Below, piece after piece: positions 51,134 through 60,742 of a stretch of DNA of 64,000 nucleotides; the stretch's first letter is position 1, and the number at the start of each line of letters is the position of its first letter. The position numbers were made by a program, and so were the translations under genes. The notes below the pieces were generated by a model. It was not told the DNA's origin and ran no database searches. It saw only the letters and a program-made list of their open reading frames with translations. The stretch spans positions 248,001 to 312,000 of the forward strand of contig JAVKOQ020000022.1 of NCBI GenBank assembly GCA_031835245.2, written 5' to 3'. This DNA is from Balamuthia mandrillaris. Its lineage: Eukaryota.

Positions 51134-52324
51134 TCAGTGACATTCACGCATATGCGCACGCGCTTCATCTCTATCTCTATAAGCTCTCAAACAGCACCAG
51201 AAGAACTCATGGCCACAGCCAGAACATGTCATGTGCCTACACCCTCCGTTGTTCTCCATAGTAGCGTTACAGCCAGGACAAGGTTTGGTGGTGGTGTTTG
51301 TCTCTCTCCATGCTCTTTCCTCACCAACACAACAAAACTTTCGATCTGCTTTTTCTTCCTCGTGTGTTTTTTCTGGTTCCTTTTCGTTTGCTTCTGCTTC
51401 TTTTTCTTCTTTCGTTGCTTTTCGCCGGCGAACTTCTTCGTGTTTAACACAAACAAGAGCATCGCAATGGAAACATTGAACGACGTCAACCGCGCTTTCA
51501 TCAACTGAAAGCGGAACAACACAATCTGCGGCTGGACACCAAATGATCCTCTTTTGCTTCGAGTTGCTTTTTGCTGAAGAGGAGGAAGATGACGACGACG
51601 ACGAGGAGGAGGAGGAAGTTGTTGTGACTGGATGAGCAGAGGAAGAAGAAGCGGGAGCTTCCCAAATCATTGAGAGGTTTTTGATCCTTGTGCTGGTTGT
51701 GGGTGCAAGTCTTTGTGGAAAAGTTGCAAATGATGAAGATGAAGAAGAAGAAGAACTTGAAGCAGAAGATGAAACAGAAAATGAAGGAAAAGAAGAAGAG
51801 CGAGGAGAGGTTGGTAGTTTGGGAGGAGGTTGAACCACGGGCTCAGCCTTGGGTGCATTGACTTGCAGAGTAGTTAGCGACGAAGAAGAAGAAGAAGAAG
51901 CGGAAGCGGCAGGTGCTGCTTCTTCCACCGGCGGATGAGCGGCTTTGGGCCTTTGGCATCGCGCACAAAGGTCAGGCTTGAAGGGATTGGGAAGCAAGCC
52001 AGCGCACACCTGGCTTGACTTGCTGCCAGAGCGAAGCGCAAAGCAGCTTTTGGAACGTGGGCTGTTGCCGGTGGGTTTGTTGTTATTGTTGATCGTCAAG
52101 AAAGGTGCAGAAGGGGTAGAGGAAGAAGCGGAAGGCCCGACGGAGAGAGCGTGAACCCATTCGTCTATGGTTTGAGGCAATGGGAGGTGCAACTTGGAAG
52201 AAGCGGGCGAGGAACGAAAGGCAGCTTCCTCTTCAGCGGATAGAAGGAAGGAGGCCGCTTTGGCGTAGCCCGAACGTAACAAGATTTCGTACAGTACGAA
52301 ACGGAGTTCAAGTTTCCTATTCAT
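51134..52324 (-). CDS. IBR + RING2 (RBR-type) protein lacking RING1
   Basis: IBR IIWCPAADC..VQCFHCDALVCVKH. RING2 TKPCPGCNATMENNGGCRHMTCSGCGHEFFWCC. N-terminal LisH-like helix and a C-x-PNPFK-x-C-x2-C-x-H finger. Confidence 0.75.
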   Translation of the reverse strand: MNRKLELRFVLYEILLRSGYAKAASFLLSAEEEAAFRSSPASSKLHLPLPQTIDEWVHALSVGPSASSSTPSAPFLTINNNNKPTGNSPRSKSCFALRSGSKSSQVCAGLLPNPFKPDLCARCQRPKAAHPPVEEAAPAASASSSSSSSLTTLQVNAPKAEPVVQPPPKLPTSPRSSSFPSFSVSSSASSSSSSSSSSFATFPQRLAPTTSTRIKNLSMIWEAPASSSSAHPVTTTSSSSSSSSSSSSSSAKSNSKQKRIIWCPAADCVVPLSVDESAVDVVQCFHCDALVCVKHEEVRRRKATKEEKEAEANEKEPEKTHEEEKADRKFCCVGEERAWRETNTTTKPCPGCNATMENNGGCRHMTCSGCGHEFFWCCLRAYRDRDEARAHMRECH

Positions 52325-52663
52325 CAGCGCGTCGTCCTTCTCTGCCACCGCACCTGTAACGGTCTTCCTTTCTTTTGTCTCGCATAGTACATAGTTTCCC
52401 TTTATGATTATTTAGAAGTAATACAAATTAAATTTTGATTAAATTTAGCTATAAAAGGGTGTCCGCAGAAATGTTGTACCTATAAAAGGAATGTATTGCG
52501 TCATATCAATCATTAAATTTATCTATATATAGAAAAGTTTAACAGCATTTCATGAAATTCCAAAAGCAGAAAAATTTGACAACAAAGAAGAAAGGAAGGA
52601 AAGGAACCGTTGGTCGGTGTTTCCTCTTGAAAAAAAAATATAGCTTTAGGGCTTTGACCTACG

Positions 52664-55600
52664 ATGGGCGTTTCAGGAGAGGAACAACAAAAGCCGTCCT
52701 CCCCAACTACCTCTACCAACAGCAGCAGCAACAACAACGAGCCTCCTCCTCCTCCTCCTCAAAACGAACAACCACCAAACAAAAAGGCCTTTATGAAGGG
52801 AGATGGAGACCATGGCAATCATAACGGCAGGTTAGCGGCTGCAACGACGGCCCCAACGAGCTGCGTGCCACTGGCGACGGTTCTGGACTGTGGCAATGCT
52901 GGGCACTTGCTCCCGCCGCTCCGCATTCTCATAGAAAAGGCGCTGATCGAGTCGCGTCGCCTCTCTCCCACTCCCCGTCCTCCCACCCTGCCTCACCTCT
53001 CCTCTCGTCGTCAAGTCACTTCTGCTTTCTTTCCTACTTCTCTTTCTTCTTCTTCTTCTTCCAACGACAAGAGAGAAGAAGAACACACAAAAAGAGAACA
53101 AAGTGGAAAGGAACAAGACGTACAAATGGGCAAAACGAAAAGGAAGATAAGAAGAAGGAGAGTGAACGCAGGGATGAAGGTCTGGCTTGCTCACGTTCAA
53201 AAGAGCCTTTCGGACTGGAAGGAGAACGTGCGGCTGCGCTCCTTGGAGAGAGAGCGGCAGCGACGCCGCCTTGAGGAGGAGCAGCGCCGCAAAGTGGAGA
53301 AGCAGCGGGAGGAGAGGCGCAGCAAGCTTGTGGAGGGCTTGGCCAAGAGAGAGGCCGTTCTTGCTCGCATTCACGAGTTGAAGCACAAAGTCAAAGCGGA
53401 GAGCCAAGAGAGAGAGGAGAGAAGAATGAAGCAAGACGGGACGCCAGAGACGGAACAAGAAGATGCAAACGGGGATGGCAAGGCAGGCAACGAGGGAGAG
53501 GATGAAGAAGTGATGATGAGGAGAAGAAAGGAAGCGTTAGAAAGAAAGATACAGAGTGCAATCGAGAGGGAGCGAGGAAAGAACAGTTCCAGCAAGAACA
53601 ATAGCACAAAGGAGCAAAGAGAGATGGAGTTAGTGTTAAAGACGTTCGGTCCGAGTTCTCCCGTTGCTCCTTCTCGTCGCCGTAACAGCTTTTCTTCTCC
53701 GCCTTCTCCTTCTCCTTCTTCAATCGCTTCATCGCACGACGCTCCAATCACAAAGTCTACTAAAGCGACGACAACTACAACGTTGTCTCCGCGTCCTGAG
53801 AGAAGAGGCTCCGCTTCTTCGAAGTCTCCGAGAAAGTTTTTTGCTCCGAGAAAGTTTCACTCTTCATCTGCTTTGCCAGAACATAAACTTGAAGACGAAC
53901 GAGAGAAGGAAGAAGGAGGAGCGGAGGAAAATGGAGTTAATAGGAGTACGTCACCTCCGCTCCCTTCTCCTGTGTTGAGGAAAGTTCTCAGCGCAACCAC
54001 ACTTCGCAGCAAGTTTCGAAGCTTCAACAAAGAAAAGAAAGAGAAAAACATGCAACAAGCCATGGAAGATGGAAAGGAAGAGGAACGAGGAGTGAAGAAG
54101 AAGAAAGGAAGATCGCTTTCTTATTCCTTTCCTTCTTCGTTTTTCAGAAGTTTGGACGCCTCTCACAACCCACAAAAACAACAGGAACAACAAAGCGACT
54201 CTTCTTCAGTTGGCGTGGAACAACAACAGCAACAACAATATGGTCATCGACGCAGCAAAAGCGATACTATCACCCCAGATGATATTTCGTTGCTCACCTC
54301 TGCATCTTCGACCATAACTTCTTCTGATACAGTTGGCGAAGGAGAAAGAAAGAACGTGGAGAAAGCAAAGCAAGATGAGAAAGAGAAGGAGGAACAAGAA
54401 AAGGTGGAGAAAGAGAAAGAGAAAGGGAAAGAGAAAGAGAAAGAGAAAGAGAAAGAGAAAGAGAAAGAGAAAGAGAAAGAGAAAGAGAAAGAGAAAGAGA
54501 AAGAGAAAGAGAAAGAGAAAGAGAAAGAGAAAGAGAAAGAGAAAGAGAAAGAGAAAGAGAAAGAGAAAGAGAAAGAGAAAGTCAATAACAATAACGCGGA
54601 CAGAGATAAGCAAAACGAGACCGTACAAACTCAACAAAGTGCCCCACAACAAAACAGAACCGAAGAAGTCATCAACGCTCCAACTGCTCCTCCATCACCT
54701 CCAAAGGAAGAAAGACGAGGAAAACAAGCCTCGGCTAAAATTCAAGAAAGACCAAACGTGGTACCCACATCCAATGGTCGTGGAACTCCCACAGCCACAA
54801 CTACAGATGGAAAAGAGACGAAGAGAGTGCCAGAAAGAAGACGGAGAACACAAAGTTTGAACCCCACGTCACGAAGTTCTGCTTCTTCTGCTGCTTCTAC
54901 CTCTGTGCAACAACGCTCCGCTTCACCACAACGTTCCTCCGTTTCAACAACGACAACGACAACGACGAAAAGAGCAGCTTCTCCCGTGTTAGGAAGAAGA
55001 AAAGCTTCCACTCCCCCGCGATCTTCTTCTCCTTCCCGTTCTCCCACCACTTCTACCACTTCTTCTGCTTCTTCTTCATTAAGCACAACTCGTTCTCCAA
55101 CAAGGACAACGATATCAACAAACAATTCCGCTCAAAAGCTCTCTTCGCCGACTCGCTTTGGAAAGACAGCCCCTCCAAGGGCTCCTTCTCCGCCTCATTC
55201 TACCTCTGTCTCTTCCGTTCCTTCCAATCGCAGCGCTTCTCCAAATAGACTTACGGCTGCTTCTTCAAGAACAACGACAGCAGCAACAACGACAAGAAGA
55301 GCAGCGCCATCGCCCCGTTCTGTTGCACCAACTAACAAAGCATCCACCGCAAATACAACAACAGCAGCAAGAAGGCTTTCTCCACCAACACCACGCGGTG
55401 TTTCTTCTGTATCTCCTTCGTCCCCCACTCGAAATGCAGTATCTGCTACATCTTCGCAGCAACGAAGTCCTACTTCAACACTACCATCAACAAGAGGTCG
55501 GCTTACTCGTCCTTCTTCTTCCACTCCATCCCCCTCCTCTTCCTCTTCTTCCTCTTCCGCAGCAGCAACAAGAAGAACAGCGCTAACGAGAAGAGGAACG

Positions 55601-55870
55601 CCAACAACGCCAACAATGCCAACAACCAGAACATCTTCAACAACACCGACAACAACACCAAAAACAACAACGACTACAGCAACTCGAAACAAGGCACCAT
55701 CTGCTCTTGATAAACGGAAAGAAATAATGAAAAGCGAACGACAGAAACGATTGGAAAGAGAGAAAAGACAACAACAGCAAACACCATCAGCGAGAACAAC
55801 TGAAAGCAACGATAACGACAACAACACCCCCTCTGCCCTGGCTACCGCCACAACCGTTACTGCTTCCTAA
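52664..55870 (+). CDS. Hypothetical low-complexity protein (coiled coil, KE repeat, Ser/Thr/Arg/Pro-rich basic tail)
   Basis: Uninterrupted 1068-aa ORF with an ATG start. No recognisable domain. Confidence 0.65.
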   Translation: MGVSGEEQQKPSSPTTSTNSSSNNNEPPPPPPQNEQPPNKKAFMKGDGDHGNHNGRLAAATTAPTSCVPLATVLDCGNAGHLLPPLRILIEKALIESRRLSPTPRPPTLPHLSSRRQVTSAFFPTSLSSSSSSNDKREEEHTKREQSGKEQDVQMGKTKRKIRRRRVNAGMKVWLAHVQKSLSDWKENVRLRSLERERQRRRLEEEQRRKVEKQREERRSKLVEGLAKREAVLARIHELKHKVKAESQEREERRMKQDGTPETEQEDANGDGKAGNEGEDEEVMMRRRKEALERKIQSAIERERGKNSSSKNNSTKEQREMELVLKTFGPSSPVAPSRRRNSFSSPPSPSPSSIASSHDAPITKSTKATTTTTLSPRPERRGSASSKSPRKFFAPRKFHSSSALPEHKLEDEREKEEGGAEENGVNRSTSPPLPSPVLRKVLSATTLRSKFRSFNKEKKEKNMQQAMEDGKEEERGVKKKKGRSLSYSFPSSFFRSLDASHNPQKQQEQQSDSSSVGVEQQQQQQYGHRRSKSDTITPDDISLLTSASSTITSSDTVGEGERKNVEKAKQDEKEKEEQEKVEKEKEKGKEKEKEKEKEKEKEKEKEKEKEKEKEKEKEKEKEKEKEKEKEKEKEKEKEKVNNNNADRDKQNETVQTQQSAPQQNRTEEVINAPTAPPSPPKEERRGKQASAKIQERPNVVPTSNGRGTPTATTTDGKETKRVPERRRRTQSLNPTSRSSASSAASTSVQQRSASPQRSSVSTTTTTTTKRAASPVLGRRKASTPPRSSSPSRSPTTSTTSSASSSLSTTRSPTRTTISTNNSAQKLSSPTRFGKTAPPRAPSPPHSTSVSSVPSNRSASPNRLTAASSRTTTAATTTRRAAPSPRSVAPTNKASTANTTTAARRLSPPTPRGVSSVSPSSPTRNAVSATSSQQRSPTSTLPSTRGRLTRPSSSTPSPSSSSSSSSAAATRRTALTRRGTPTTPTMPTTRTSSTTPTTTPKTTTTTATRNKAPSALDKRKEIMKSERQKRLEREKRQQQQTPSARTTESNDNDNNTPSALATATTVTAS
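54409..54580. repeat. (AAAGAG)n coding repeat (poly-KE)
   Basis: Directly visible. Confidence 0.95.
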
Positions 55871-55959
55871 ACTTTTTATACAACAATAACAACAAACACT
55901 GTACAAAGAATAACGGTTTACCTCTTTCTCTCTTCATTATGCTCATCTTGCTTCTTCTC

Positions 55960-56005
<46 letters not shown>

Positions 56006-56041
56006 CTCTCTCTCTCTCCCTCTCCCTGTTTGCAATGAGAG

Positions 56042-56550
56042 CTAAGGCAGAAAGACGAGAACTTGTTGCTCTATCGTGGCTCTGCACAGAGGACATCGTC
56101 TCAACGGTTCGCCGCAACTCTTTTGTTTTTCGATCAACAAAAGAAAAGCGAAGAGAAAGAAAAGAAACAACGAACCAAACAGCAACAGAGGTGGCCGCAA
56201 GGCAAAAAGACGACACGTTGAAGCGGAGACTCCTCTGCATCCGCCAAACAAAGAACACACTCAACATGCTCCTTTGTTGCTCTCCGTGAAGCTTCGCGTC
56301 CCGTTTCCGGTTCTGGCGTCAGAGCGAGAGACAAGAGCCGTTCCACCTCGTCTCGTTGCCGCTCCGACCGCCGGAGTTGCGCTCTGAGCTTCAAGTTTTG
56401 GAGACGCAGCCGTTCTACATCCTTTGCCAACCGAAGAAATGCGCTCCGTCGGCTCTCACCTCGTGCTGCCTCCTCCTCTCTGCTGCCTCTCATTGCGGTG
56501 CTTCCTCGTGTCGTCACAACCAACATGTCGACAACAAAGTTAGGCATCAT
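56042..56550 (-). CDS. Small coiled-coil + C-terminal RING (C3HC4-type) protein
   Basis: ECVLC..VVFLPCGHLCCCL|SCGEPLRRCPLCRATI after one GTTCGT..AG intron. Start uncertain. Confidence 0.8.
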
Positions 56551-56666
56551 CACGTCGTCATGGTTGTTGGGTCGACAATAAATGATATTTGAAAAAATGG
56601 ACCAATGGAAAATCAAAGCCCGAAGAAATAAAGAAGAAAAGAACAACACAAGAAGAAGGGCAAAAC

Positions 56667-58646
56667 ATGAGTAACTCCCCCTTCGCCTCCCACGGGAACG
56701 GTCCTCGCGGGCACGCTTCTGCCTATTCCTCACGCTCGTTTCCAGTAGGGTTAGCTTCTGCTCATCCTCCCCCTCCGTCACACCTTGCTCGCGCTCACCC
56801 CCAGCGTCAACACTATCACCCTCATCAACGCCATCCGCCTCACAACACTCGCCCTCGCAACCATTTTATGCCTCCGCATCCACGTCCTCCTCACCGTGCG
56901 CCCCCTCACGCTTTCTGGCGTTCTTCTCCGCATCCGCGCTCTCGTCCTCCTCGCCACATGCCTCCGCCTCTTCACCCTCAAGGTTTGCCTTTGTCTCATC
57001 ATCACCATCATCACCATCAGCGTAGTTCTCCACCAAACGTTTCTTCTTCTTCTTCTTCTTCTTCTTCTTCTTCTTCTGCCACTACACCACTGCCAACGCA
57101 AGGGGGCGCAGAAGAGACGCTAGAAAAGAGACCACAAAACAAAGAACGAAAAGAAGACGCACAAAAACAAACAGAAGAAAATGAACAAGCGGAGATAGAG
57201 GAAGCAGCAGCAACAGCAGAAGATGGAGACGAAGAAGGGAGAGAAAGAGAGGAAGAGAGAGCCAAAGCTAAAGCCAAAGCTACCGCTGAAGAAGAAACGT
57301 CCATCGTCACAGAGGAGAAAGAGAAGGAGAAGGAGCAAGCAGACGAGAACGAGACAAAAGAGAGCACCGCACCGCATGGCACCAAAATGTACAACAACAA
57401 CTATCGAGCCAGAAGGAGAAGAGCGAAACCTACTCTCGCGTTTCGCCCTGTGACGTTCTCTTCTGGTGGCAACAATGTCATTCAAGGAGGAGCAACCATG
57501 CATGGGGCAGGACGAGGGAGAGGAAGAGGAAGAGGAACGCCGATGCCGTTTTCTTCTGCTTCTGCTTTTCGAGGAGGTCGTCGTATACATCCTTCTCGCC
57601 CTCCTCATCCTTTGTATCGTCCTCATGCCCTTCCTCGCCCCCACCGCTTTCGCCAACCTCAACTCCATCAGCACAACATCTTGCGTCAGGTTTACCTCAA
57701 GCAAAACATTCAACATCGATCGGTTCTTCTGAACAGCAAAACCCACGCTGTTGGTCATCTTCAGGAAACAGTGGAAACAAGAACAAGAAGGAGACAATGG
57801 AGAGTCAAAGAGATGACGAATGGCACTGATGCAGAGGGAGAGGATACAGTACAAGGTGATAATGTTGAAGAGGGACAACACGAAGACACGGGCAACACGA
57901 CAGAGGAAGGGCAGCAAAAAGTGGACCTCGATGAAGAGGAGAAAGAACAGCAAAACAACGAAGACGGTGATGAACAAGAGAATGAACTAGAAGATGAATA
58001 TGAAGAGGAATATGAAGAAAACGCATTTGTAGAAGAGGAATCTGAAGATGGGGAAGAAGACTGCGATGATAAAGAAGCTTTAGATGATGATGAAGAGGAT
58101 TCTGGTGTGTTATTGCTGCACAGAAGGCCGCAAACAACTGAACATTCTCCAAAGAACAACGAAGAAGACAAAGGAGGAAAAATTACTACAGGAAGAGAAA
58201 CAGGAAGAGGAAGAGGAAGGGGAAGAGGAAGAGCTTCTGTTATGAAATCAATTTCAACACCAGGTCAACCGTCATCTTATCATCACCCTCGTTCGTATCA
58301 GGTTTATCCTCGCCCTCCTCAGCCTCATCTCCCTCCTCCGGTACGAGGAAGAGGAAGTGCTATGTCGTCACGCCTGCGTTCTCCTCGTCATCCTTATATC
58401 CCTATTCATCGTCCTCCTCACCATCCTCTTCATTCTCACCCTCGCCCTCCTCCGTTTGCTTCTTCCTCCCCTCGCTCTTTTGTGAATCACGGCCTACAAC
58501 AACATCGAAAACCTCGCCATGTTCCTTCATCAACATCCTCTGCCTCAACAAATAGTGTTCCTCCATTCTCGTCTTCATCAGTTGTTGGTGGAAGAGGAAG
58601 AGGCAGAGAAAGAGTGTGGAAACCGAAAACAGAACAACGGCCGTGA
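56667..58646 (+). CDS. Hypothetical disordered Pro/His/Arg-rich protein with RGRGR repeats and an acidic tract
   Basis: Long open ORF whose composition resembles disordered RNA-binding proteins. No domain recognised. Confidence 0.6.
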   Translation: MSNSPFASHGNGPRGHASAYSSRSFPVGLASAHPPPPSHLARAHPQRQHYHPHQRHPPHNTRPRNHFMPPHPRPPHRAPPHAFWRSSPHPRSRPPRHMPPPLHPQGLPLSHHHHHHHQRSSPPNVSSSSSSSSSSSSATTPLPTQGGAEETLEKRPQNKERKEDAQKQTEENEQAEIEEAAATAEDGDEEGREREEERAKAKAKATAEEETSIVTEEKEKEKEQADENETKESTAPHGTKMYNNNYRARRRRAKPTLAFRPVTFSSGGNNVIQGGATMHGAGRGRGRGRGTPMPFSSASAFRGGRRIHPSRPPHPLYRPHALPRPHRFRQPQLHQHNILRQVYLKQNIQHRSVLLNSKTHAVGHLQETVETRTRRRQWRVKEMTNGTDAEGEDTVQGDNVEEGQHEDTGNTTEEGQQKVDLDEEEKEQQNNEDGDEQENELEDEYEEEYEENAFVEEESEDGEEDCDDKEALDDDEEDSGVLLLHRRPQTTEHSPKNNEEDKGGKITTGRETGRGRGRGRGRASVMKSISTPGQPSSYHHPRSYQVYPRPPQPHLPPPVRGRGSAMSSRLRSPRHPYIPIHRPPHHPLHSHPRPPPFASSSPRSFVNHGLQQHRKPRHVPSSTSSASTNSVPPFSSSSVVGGRGRGRERVWKPKTEQRP

Positions 58647-58703
58647 ATCTTCTCCTCCTGCTATTTTGTTGTGTAACGGTCAACATGTTTTGTTGGTTGC
58701 AAG

Positions 58704-59923
58704 TTATTTCTCTTTTTTATAATTAGGCTCTTTCTCCACGCCGACCATCCAACCAAAGGGCGTGTCTCGAAACGCCTCCACAATCTCCGGCCAGTTATCA
58801 AAGTATTGAGACTTGGGCTTGTCGTGGATCTTCCTCTCTCGCACCCCATCATTATCGAACCAACATTCCTGCAGACCGATAAACCGAAACACCTCGCAGA
58901 GTGTATCTTTGGTGTTGCTCATCAGCTCATCGTAAGTAACTTCGATGTACCTGAGGTTCTCCTTGAAAACAGCTGTTAAGACCGGGACGTACACAGGGAG
59001 GACAACGTGCAGGGCCACAGAAAGAGGAACAAAACAACAACGGTACCCTTTGCAGCAGCCTACGCTGTCGTTTCTGCTCCAACTCCCGCTGCTTACACCA
59101 CCTGAGCACTTGTTGCGGGTCGTGGTTCCTCAGCAGAACGCTGTTTGCTCTCTCTTTGCAAGCCTCCTCCTCGCACGTCCAACGGATGGTTGGGTCCCTG
59201 CTCAGAAGTTCCATTTGGGAGTGGAGGGAGATGAAGGAGGCCAAGTGGTCTTCTCTTCGGAGGAAGATGACGGAAATGTCTTTTGCTTTCAGGATTGGAA
59301 ACAGGTCGGGAAAGCCTCTGTACTCGTTCTTTGATGCAAAGCAAGCAAGAGAGAGAGCGCTCATCAGGAAAGGCGAAAAAAGAGAGAAAACAACAGAAAG
59401 AGAAGGAAACGAACAAGAAGTACGACACCGTCAAACCCCAGAGGACCAAAGATATTATCGAGAGCAGCTTCCACAGCATGCTTTTCTGGTGCAATCTCGC
59501 GTTTCTGAAGAGGCAGCCGGTCCAGTTTTAGCCCGACGGGATGGGTTTCCAAAAGCTTAGGGGATGCGAGTATTAAGAGCAAGCATCTTGCAGGGTGCGC
59601 AATGAAGGTTTACAAAAATGAAAGAGGCAACAACATACCCGATGTAGCCAATGGCTCCCACTTCTATACAGCGCAAAAAGAGCAAACCGAGCAACGGGGG
59701 TTGAGGTTCCAGGTCCTTTGTGCACTATCTCTTCCCTTTTGTACTCCCTCATGGCTGCCGAGGGATCCTTAGCAAGCACCTGGAGCGAAATTTGTTCCTG
59801 CCTTCTTTCCCGTCCTTGAGCCTGCTTCAGATGGAGCCGGTGTACGACAAGGCTCATCCACACAAACGCAGCAACGGACATCAGCACGCTGAGCATCAAA
59901 CCCGTTCTACTGAAGCGGCGCAT
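58704..59923 (-). CDS. Type II membrane P-loop sulfotransferase (Stf0/NodH-like)
   Basis: N-terminal TM helix; FALFALYRSGSHWL (5'-PAPS); VIFLRREDHLASFIS (3'-PAPS); IEVTYDEL..EVFRFIG. Confidence 0.75.
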
Positions 59924-60196
59924 GGCGGCCAGTTTGCCGAAGCGACACATTTACTGAGCTCCGGCACCAAAATTTCTCGCGTAAATTTTGTCGATTGGAA
60001 CCATGATTCTAAGGTAGTTGGAACCAACAACGTTGGTTCTTACAACGCTACAAATTTTGAGGTACGTTGGAAAGGTTCCAACCTGGCGAACACCCAAAAA
60101 AGGGAAAGTAAAGAAGAAAGCCAAACACACCGCCACGATGCCAAAAACCAAAGCAGATATGAAGAAAACTGTACTTCGAAAGGAGAAGAACACAAC

Positions 60197-60485
60197 CCTG
60201 GTCGACAGAATTTACAGCCAAGTCCACCACCAGTTGGGGGGAAACAAGACCTTTCGGTGCCCCCGGCCAACCCGAGTGTGGCTGGCTACCAGGCGGATCG
60301 AGATGCCAACGCCGCCCGAACACATCTTGATCCGCTTTTTTACGTTGCAAGCACTTACCACCTCCTCCTCCTCCTCTGTGAGGGGGCGGTAGGCGGTAAG
60401 GTTGCTTTGGTGCCGGCACCGTTGCTTATAGCGAGTCGTAAGACAAGCCGTGATTAGGCACGCCGGAGGTGGTGGGTTATTTTTT
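60197..60485 (+). other. Densely base-paired element (candidate structured RNA) overlapping an 84-aa ORF (60138-60392)
   Basis: Several complementary segments with G-U pairs on the + strand, and T-runs at 60336-60341 and 60480-60485. No RNA family recognised. Confidence 0.35.
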
Positions 60486-60742
60486 GTTTCTCTGTTTTTT
60501 GTTTTCCTTTTACTAATTTTGCTTTATGTTCGTTGTCCCATGGATCGGCTTGATCTTGGCCTAAGATCGGCTGATTATGATGATTATGATGATTATGATG
60601 ATTATTCAGCTCTACTTATCTCTTCCTTCTTCCTGCCGACAACTCGAAAAAATAAGAAATTATTGTAGTATAACAAAATAAAAACGTTATGCAGTCCACT
60701 TCAAGCCAAACCTCCCTTTCCCAAAAACCACTCCGCTTCGCT

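Noticed and set aside
60197..60485. Specific assignment as RNase MRP/P, SRP, U1 or telomerase RNA
   Set aside because: Diagnostic motifs (GAAAGUCCCC/GGGGCU P4, SRP helix 8, AUACUUACCUG, CUAACCCU template) are not matched, so it is kept only as an unassigned candidate.
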